DNA of 64,000 nt from Octopus sinensis (lineage: Eukaryota): positions 5,084,001 to 5,148,000 of the forward strand of contig NC_043014.1 of assembly GCF_006345805.1 (NCBI RefSeq). Reading direction: 5' to 3'. Positions 56,602 through 64,000 of the stretch are shown piece by piece. Position 1 is the stretch's first letter. Each line of letters starts with the position of its first letter. The notes under the pieces were generated by a model that did not search any database, was not told the origin of the DNA, and saw nothing but the letters and a program-made list of their open reading frames with translations. A program made the position numbers and the translations under genes.

Positions 56602-56903
56602 TATATATGATATGTATATATATATATATATAGATGTATGGGTGTGTTTGTGTGTATAGCACACATAGTTTGTATGTATCTATGTTTTATATATGTGTCT
56701 GTTATTGTCGCACCACTATCGATTCTCAACTGATGTCGGTGTATTTACGTCCCCGTTACATAGCGGTTCGGGTAGAGATAACGATAGAATGAGCAATAGG
56801 CTTACAAAGAATAATTCCTGAAGTCACTTTGTTCTACTAAACGCTGTGCTCTAGCATGGCCGCAGACAAATGACTGAAACGGGTAAAAGAATATATTTAT
56901 ATA

Positions 56904-56947
<44 letters not shown>

Positions 56948-57385
56948 TATATACATATGTATAGATAATTAGAGAGAGAGAGATATAGACAGAGAGATAC
57001 AGTGATAGATACACACACGCATATATTTGTTTGTATATATATATATCTATATATGTTCACGCACTAATATATTCATATGTATGTATATTTATATATACAT
57101 ATATATGTATATTATATATACAATTATACGTATATGTATATATATGTATATTTAGGTGTGTGCGCCTGTGTGTTCGTGTGTGATTACGTGTGTGATCTTA
57201 TGTGTGTGTGTGTGCTCCATAGGTACATATGTACGTGATTCATGCATACATCCTTACATCCATCCATCCATCGGTACATACATACATCCACATATTAATA
57301 CATACATACGTAAATGCATACATACATACATGCATATATAAATACATAAAGACATACATATATTAACACAAAATCCATGACTTAC

Positions 57386-57529
57386 CGTTTTCGATTTCTC
57401 TTCCATTTTTCCTATTCTTGAATCTTGATGAAGAATCACGATCGTCAGAACGAGAAGAACCCCAAAAGCTATGAGAGAAGAAATGGAATAACGCTGCGAA
57501 ATATTCCTGGACAGTTGTGCGAAATCCAT
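57386..57529 (-). CDS. Copy D exon 1 (signal/anchor)
   Basis: Same 48-aa peptide, GTAAGT donor. Confidence 0.85.
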
Positions 57530-58311
57530 TCTGGTGACAGTTGTCGGTCGTACGTGATACTTCGTGTGGCTTCAACAAAAGATCGAGATGCGAGGTTTAA
57601 GCTGAAGACCTGTAACTGAATTCCACGTATTTATTGAGCGCACAACAACCCAGCTCTGGCATAGATCTTATCGTAAATTTATGAACCAATGCGATTGGTG
57701 GAACTGTAAAAGCGGGTGTGAACTTGTCTGACAGGTGTAATTATTGGAAAGAGATGGTTTGATATTGTCACACAATAATTAGCAAAATATTTTGATGAAT
57801 GAGAGACACGTGTAAAGTGAAATGATTCCTGTTTCTGGATATATTATGATATATTTATTTACTAATGTTGTTATTTAATTTTATTTGTTATTCTTGGGAA
57901 ACTGTTTTAATATTCAGTGTTGGAAATATTTCGTTCAACAGACGAATACACACACACAAAGACACACACACACACACACTGGCACACACAAACACAAGCA
58001 CAGACTGACACAAACGCCAACACACACACCCACACACACAGACACACACACACACACAAACACGCAGACTCACACTCACACACACACACAAACACACACT
58101 CACACACATACACCCGCACACACTTACATACACACACACACACACACTGACATACACACAAACACACTGTCATACACACACTGTCACACACACACTGACA
58201 CACACACATACACACACATTGACACACACACAAATACACACGCACACACACTGTCACACACACACACATACACACACACAATGACTGACACACACACACA
58301 CTGACATACAT

Positions 58312-58346
<35 letters not shown>

Positions 58347-58726
58347 CACATACACGCACACTGACACACATACACACGCACACACTGAAATACATACACA
58401 CACACACAGACACTGACACACATACCCACACACACACACCGACATACACACAAACTGACACACACATACAATCACACACACTGACACTCAAACACAAACA
58501 AACACTGACATAAACACACACACACACAAAAATTGACACACACACTCACACACACTGACACACACACACATACACACACACACTGACACTGACACACACA
58601 TACTGCCACTCACACTGACACACACACACACACACACACACACACTGACACACACGCTGACACACACACACACACTGACACACACAGAGTGACACACACA
58701 CACCGACACACACACACTCACTGACA

Positions 58727-58771
<45 letters not shown>

Positions 58772-60466
58772 TCATACACACAAATATGCGGGGAAAATGC
58801 GTGCTCGTACGAGCGACCGCAGTTACTGTTGGGGCACAAGGTTGAAGTCAACTCCTCTAGCGAAGTATTTATCAAAGAGAAATACCGAAGGGAGGTAACT
58901 CACGACAGACTCCAGCCTGGCGCTCTAATGGCGTCACTTACTCGTTGTTGTTGACTATGTTTAAGTTAAAGCTATGGCTTTAAGTTTGTCTAGATATTCC
59001 CCTCTTCGGTATTTTCTTTTGATAACGGCTTAACTGGAACCCGATAGGGAGCAGCACTGGACTGATATGCTGTTTTTGCCGCTTTCTGCACTGAATTTGC
59101 CTTTAGAGTTTGAAATATGCCATTAGCACATTTTAACGAACCTAAAAATTGCTTATGCCTAATACTGAGCGCTAATACTGTTCACTGGAAACGCCATGTT
59201 GAATGTTTCCATATATTCATTTGTCAATTTGCATTTCGTGCTTTCATATTACTTAATTATTATTCTTTTTCTCTAGCTTTTTCACAATCGAGCATTCTTA
59301 TGGCACGCAATTAATCGGAGAAAACACGTGCTGCCACCCACAGATCCCTCTTTCCACGGATACCTTCGTTTATCTGGCAGCCATTCTACAAACTCCCACA
59401 TACAAGGAGCAATCATGCTGGGTATAGTGTGAAACACTCAACATGTTGCACTGATTCCACCTAATGTATATTTTATAAGTGGTGTTCCTTTCCTTACTAA
59501 GTCGTTTATGTGTGTTACAGTTATTGTATGCATGTATCTCGAAGCAAGTTCCTCTTCTGCGAGTTTGATAGTTTTATGTTACAGACGGAGATAATTTGTT
59601 GAACTTGATGTTTTGTGGTGTTGCTGTAGATTCGGTTGATTCTGTTCCTGAAGTCTACTCATATTTCTTGGTGGTTTCATATTTTATTTTGGCACATCAG
59701 TTTTCAGGAAACGATGAGAGGCTGCGTGTGTAATGTGACGCGAGGCTGTGTGTGTGTGATTTTTGTAGAAAAGCGGGAATATTTGAATGTAGGTTGAAAG
59801 TAGTTCATCGTGGGACGTGTACTTGTACCCTTGTCGAAAGTGTTTCGTGAAAACTTCAATGTGTTAGTAACCTGACTAGTAGTTAGGTAGTCAACATTTT
59901 GTGGTATTCCTTCAGTGGATATCAAATATCCTTTATTAGGTAATATCCGCGATTGGATTGCAGTGCTGTCATCGCATCGATTGTAGTTACATTGATACGT
60001 ATGGGAGTATATTTTTTATTAAACCATCATGATTTAGTGATGTTAGTTATAAGCTTTTATCGTGTTTTCTGAAGATTGATCATGAAAGGGTGATATATTT
60101 GTACGGAGGTGTTTCATTTGGGGATTGTTTTCATTTTAAGACGGAATACAAAACACATTTAAACGAATCATCATTTTATTTCAACTTTTAAATTTGATAA
60201 ACTGAACCTCATACAATGTATTCTAGAATCATTCCCCGAGGATTACATCGTTCTGTTAAGCTATTTGTCACATTCTATGACGTCTCTGTTGTTTCGTTTT
60301 GAATATTTTCTGAAAACTTGTAGCCGCAATTTATTTAACGACATATATTACTTGGATTAGAATACTGCGAAACACAATTACAAGAAACGTATATGTTGCT
60401 TTATTATAATATATTTTATGATTCGCCGACATAAATTTTCATATAGAAATGAACGTAAATTTCTAT

Positions 60467-60966
60467 TCAATATTTACTGCACACAACGCAGGATAATTCT
60501 TGACCATTGACATACGGTGGACATGGCAATGAACCACAAGCAGCCTGAACGAAATATAAAGTAGCTCCATTTTCGTTTCTGTAACCTGCTGGATCAGCTT
60601 CTGGTGCATAGTCCACACACACATATTCAAGTCTGCCATTATCCTTATAATGCTCAGCCATCAAATATCCTGAATACTCAGCTGTCCAGCCAGGGTAACA
60701 CTTTGTCCTGGCTGGTAACATCATAACAACAGCAGGTTGTCGTGTCAAACAGACAGCGCACGGAACGTTGTGTTGATGAATTGATTCAGCGTTAGCAAAA
60801 GAAAAGAGTTTATTAGTTAGGTATGTTTCCAGTTGATATTCACTGCCATAAATGTAACCACCTATTTCAACTTCTGTCGTATAATTGGCCCAAATGGGAT
60901 CGTTGGGTAGACACAAGAGATTACTTCCGCCACCTGTGTAGCCGTACCATTGTCCACCAGCCACAC
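60467..60966 (-). CDS. Copy E exon 4, C4-like domain
   Basis: Acceptor catttctag; open to ELSCVVCSKY-stop. Confidence 0.92.
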
Positions 60967-61175
60967 CTAGAAATGGTAAGAATAAATCAAGTAAAAAAGA
61001 TATTAAGCAAAATTATATATGAAATAACGGAAACATTCATTACAGTTTGACCCTTAAAAGAAGTCATGTTTAGTCGCGTGTGAACGAATTGTGGTGTATA
61101 TATGTTAGTGTTTATGTTATTGTAAACTGTGTGTTGCTGAAAGCTTGAGAACGTAGCTTTGCATTTGCATTCTCG

Positions 61176-61234
<59 letters not shown>

Positions 61235-61235
<1 letters not shown>

Positions 61236-61631
61236 TCTTTTACTCTTTACTTGTTTCAGTCATTTGACTGCGGCCATGCTGGAGCACCGCCTTTAGTCGA
61301 GCAAATCGACCCCGGGACTTATTCTTTGTAAGCCCAGTACTTATTCTATCGGTCTCTTTTGCCGAACCGCTAAGTGACGGGGACGTAAACACACCAGCAT
61401 CGCTTGTCAAGCAATGCTAACACAGACACACAAACATATACACACACACTTATATATATATACATATATACGACAGGCTTCTTTCAGTTTCCGTCTACCA
61501 AATCCACTCACAAGGCATTTGTCGGCCCGGGGCTATAGCAGAAGACACTTGCCCAAGATGCTACGCAGTGGGACTGAACCCGGAACCATGTGGTTGGTTA
61601 GCAAGCTACTTACCACACAGCCACTCCTGCG

Positions 61632-61633
<2 letters not shown>
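61235..61633 (-). mobile_element. tRNA-derived SINE family 1
   Basis: Full-length copy flanked by (TA)n. Confidence 0.8.
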
Positions 61634-61680
<47 letters not shown>

Positions 61681-61726
61681 TTATTTATATATATGTATTT
61701 ATTTATATATATATATATATATACCC

Positions 61727-62138
61727 TTTTTTATTTTACTTGTTTCAGTCATTTGACAGCGGCCATTCTGGAGCACCGCCTTTAGTCGAGCATATCGACC
61801 CCGGGACTTATTCTTTGTGAGCCCAGTACTTATTCTATCGATCTCTTTTTGCCGAAAGGCTAAGTGACGGGGACGTAAACACACCAGAATCGGTTGTCAA
61901 GCGATGGTTGGGGGACAAACACAGACACACAAACATATACACACACACAAATATATATATATATATACATATATTCCACAGGCTTCTTTCACTTTCCGTC
62001 TATCAAATCCACTAACAAGGCATTGGGCGGCCCGAGGCTAAAGCAGAAGACACTTGCCCAAGATGCCACGCAGTGGTACTGAACCCAGAACCATGTGGTT
62101 GGTAAGCAAGCTACTTACCACACAGCCACTCCTGCGCC
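61727..62138 (-). mobile_element. tRNA-derived SINE family 1, second tandem copy, orthologous to the copy-B insertion
   Basis: Shares diagnostic gacagcggcc, gagcatatcgacc and tattccacaggc with 18511-18911. Confidence 0.8.
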
Positions 62139-63540
62139 TATATATATGTATATATATGTTATATGTATACGGGTAAGTATTTGTGGTTACGACTCGGATT
62201 ATTATTTATGTTTGCATGGGGTAGGTGTTTTTCGGTGGATGTCAATAGATGGAGGAAAAGAAAGATATTTTATAACGCATGCACTCGTGTTTATCCGAAA
62301 TGGAAAAGATGTTCACGTGTGAACGGGGATATTTTGGGTGGTGGAAATTGTTGGTGGTTTGAGTAGGACAATACGGGAGACGACGAGATGCAGAGAAGTG
62401 GTGGGTAATCGTCGATGAAATGTTGTTTAGTCGATCATACGAGACTCAGTGGCTAAACCTCTCGTTTAGACTCGGACGAATCAGGCTTACAAAGACGTTA
62501 TGATCACACAGACTTTTTTTCATGCAATACACAGAAACGAGGTGGGAGGAAAAATTGTGAGGTTCAGTAATGGCGTAGTGTTTAAGATAAATGGACGGCG
62601 AAGTGGGCGACCGAAAAAGGATACGTGTAGGGTTTATAAAGAGCAGATTCAGAGCATTTTTAAGGAACGTAAGGTTGATTGGGGACGCAGTTTGTAGCAG
62701 CAGTTTTGAATTGGAAGTTTCGGAATTACCTTACAAAGATATACTGGATAATTAATGAGGTGATGTGGTGCATGAAAAGAGCAAGGTTTTAGCGATAGGA
62801 CGATTTCGGTGAGGCGGAGAAGAATAGAAGTGCATTCTGTACTCTGTTGTGTTCTCTCACTAATATTTAGTCTCTCTCTATTTTACTTAATGAATACAGT
62901 CCTTAGCTTTTTCCATCAGTTACAGTATGTGGCTTGTCCAGTCCTCATTCTACATTGTACGTTCATTCCATTAACCATTTACAGTCACTGTCATCAATTC
63001 TAATAGACTCTATTCAATTTAGCCCACACCTACGATCATTGGGCACTCTAGTTAAAGATAGTCAAGTGGCCACTTTTCAGCTCTGGTCACTCACGTACAA
63101 TACCACCATCCGTAGCCATTACACTTGATCACCGGTCAGCAGCCTCGGTATTTGATATCTACACTCCATACAAGTCAGCCAGGAGTCCTTGATCGCTATA
63201 CTGGATTCCCGTCTAGTCCTATCTATAACTTAACGTAGAGATATCTATATTCTGTAGTTAGACAACCGCCTTTTCACTTGGTCCGTAGTAGACAACATTT
63301 AAAATTCTGATTTGACCAAATACCTACAAAGGAGTAAGCAGTCTTGTGCAGACTCTATAGGGTCTATAGGTATCGTTTCAAACGTGATATGTCATCAAAT
63401 GATTTGCTTGAGTGTGTGGGCGTGTGCGTGAGAGAGACGGGGATGGAGAGAGACGACAGAAAGAGAAAATGAAGGAATAAAAAGAGAAGAAGAGAAAGAT
63501 AAAGAGAGAAAGAGAGAACAGAAGTATAGTTTATACTAAC

Positions 63541-63615
63541 CGTCATATACAAGGCTTGAATTAGTAGGACAAGTAGTTCTGCCCCACCGAGTATACAATG
63601 ATCCGGGACCAGGTT
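63541..63615 (-). CDS. Copy E exon 3 (PGPGSLYTRWGRTTCPTNSSLVYD); exons 1-2 would lie beyond the window
   Basis: 75 nt, ttcacag acceptor, gttagt donor. Confidence 0.88.
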
Positions 63616-64000
63616 CTGTGAAATTAAAATGAAACAATTTAGTTTAAAAGAAAGAATTCTTGAATCCTATACAAAGGAAGTTGTTGGCTTGGAAGGAATT
63701 GATAGAGAGGAGAGACATTTAGAATTTAAGAGAAAAAGAATGAGTGAATGAATGAAAATCAGAATGAAAGAAGTAAATGATTCGCTAAGAATAAATTTTA
63801 AACGAAGAAAATAAGTCATTTGTCTATTGAGCCTGTTGTTGACGTTGATGTCAACGAATTGAGAGATTAATCTCAGAATATCAGAATGTGTATTTGGCTC
63901 CTTTAAGAACGGATGTTTGTTTTGTTGTTGAACTTGGATGTGAGTATATATATATATTTGTGACCGTAATAATGATAAAGTCTTTTATAGATATGTAGGC

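Overview
Eukaryotic, AT-rich and microsatellite-dense genomic DNA. The tRNA-derived SINEs and repeat style suggest an octopus (cephalopod) genome; this is an inference. The window is a head-to-tail tandem array of a minus-strand 4-exon gene, with stop-to-stop spacing of about 12.6-15.5 kb. Four complete copies (A-D) and the last two exons of a fifth (E) can be spliced by hand with GT-AG introns in matching phases (0,1,1). Each complete copy encodes a 255-256 aa protein: an N-terminal hydrophobic signal or signal-anchor, a short stalk with no Gly-X-Y collagen repeat, and a 10-Cys short-chain-collagen-C4-like (spongin/collagen IV NC1-related) domain. Exons 1-2 encode the same peptide in every complete copy, while exon 4 varies in a few short hypervariable patches that appear shuffled between paralogs. 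The introns hold SINEs, decayed RTE-like LINE and Helitron fragments, one 18S rRNA fragment, and several different (TA)n-embedded insertions carrying hammerhead ribozyme motifs. The most striking is a 490-bp tandem repeat with a canonical hammerhead in each full unit, which folds back into a 616-bp-arm palindrome centred about 6 nt from the predicted self-cleavage site. Almost all ORFs in the supplied track are microsatellite artefacts.
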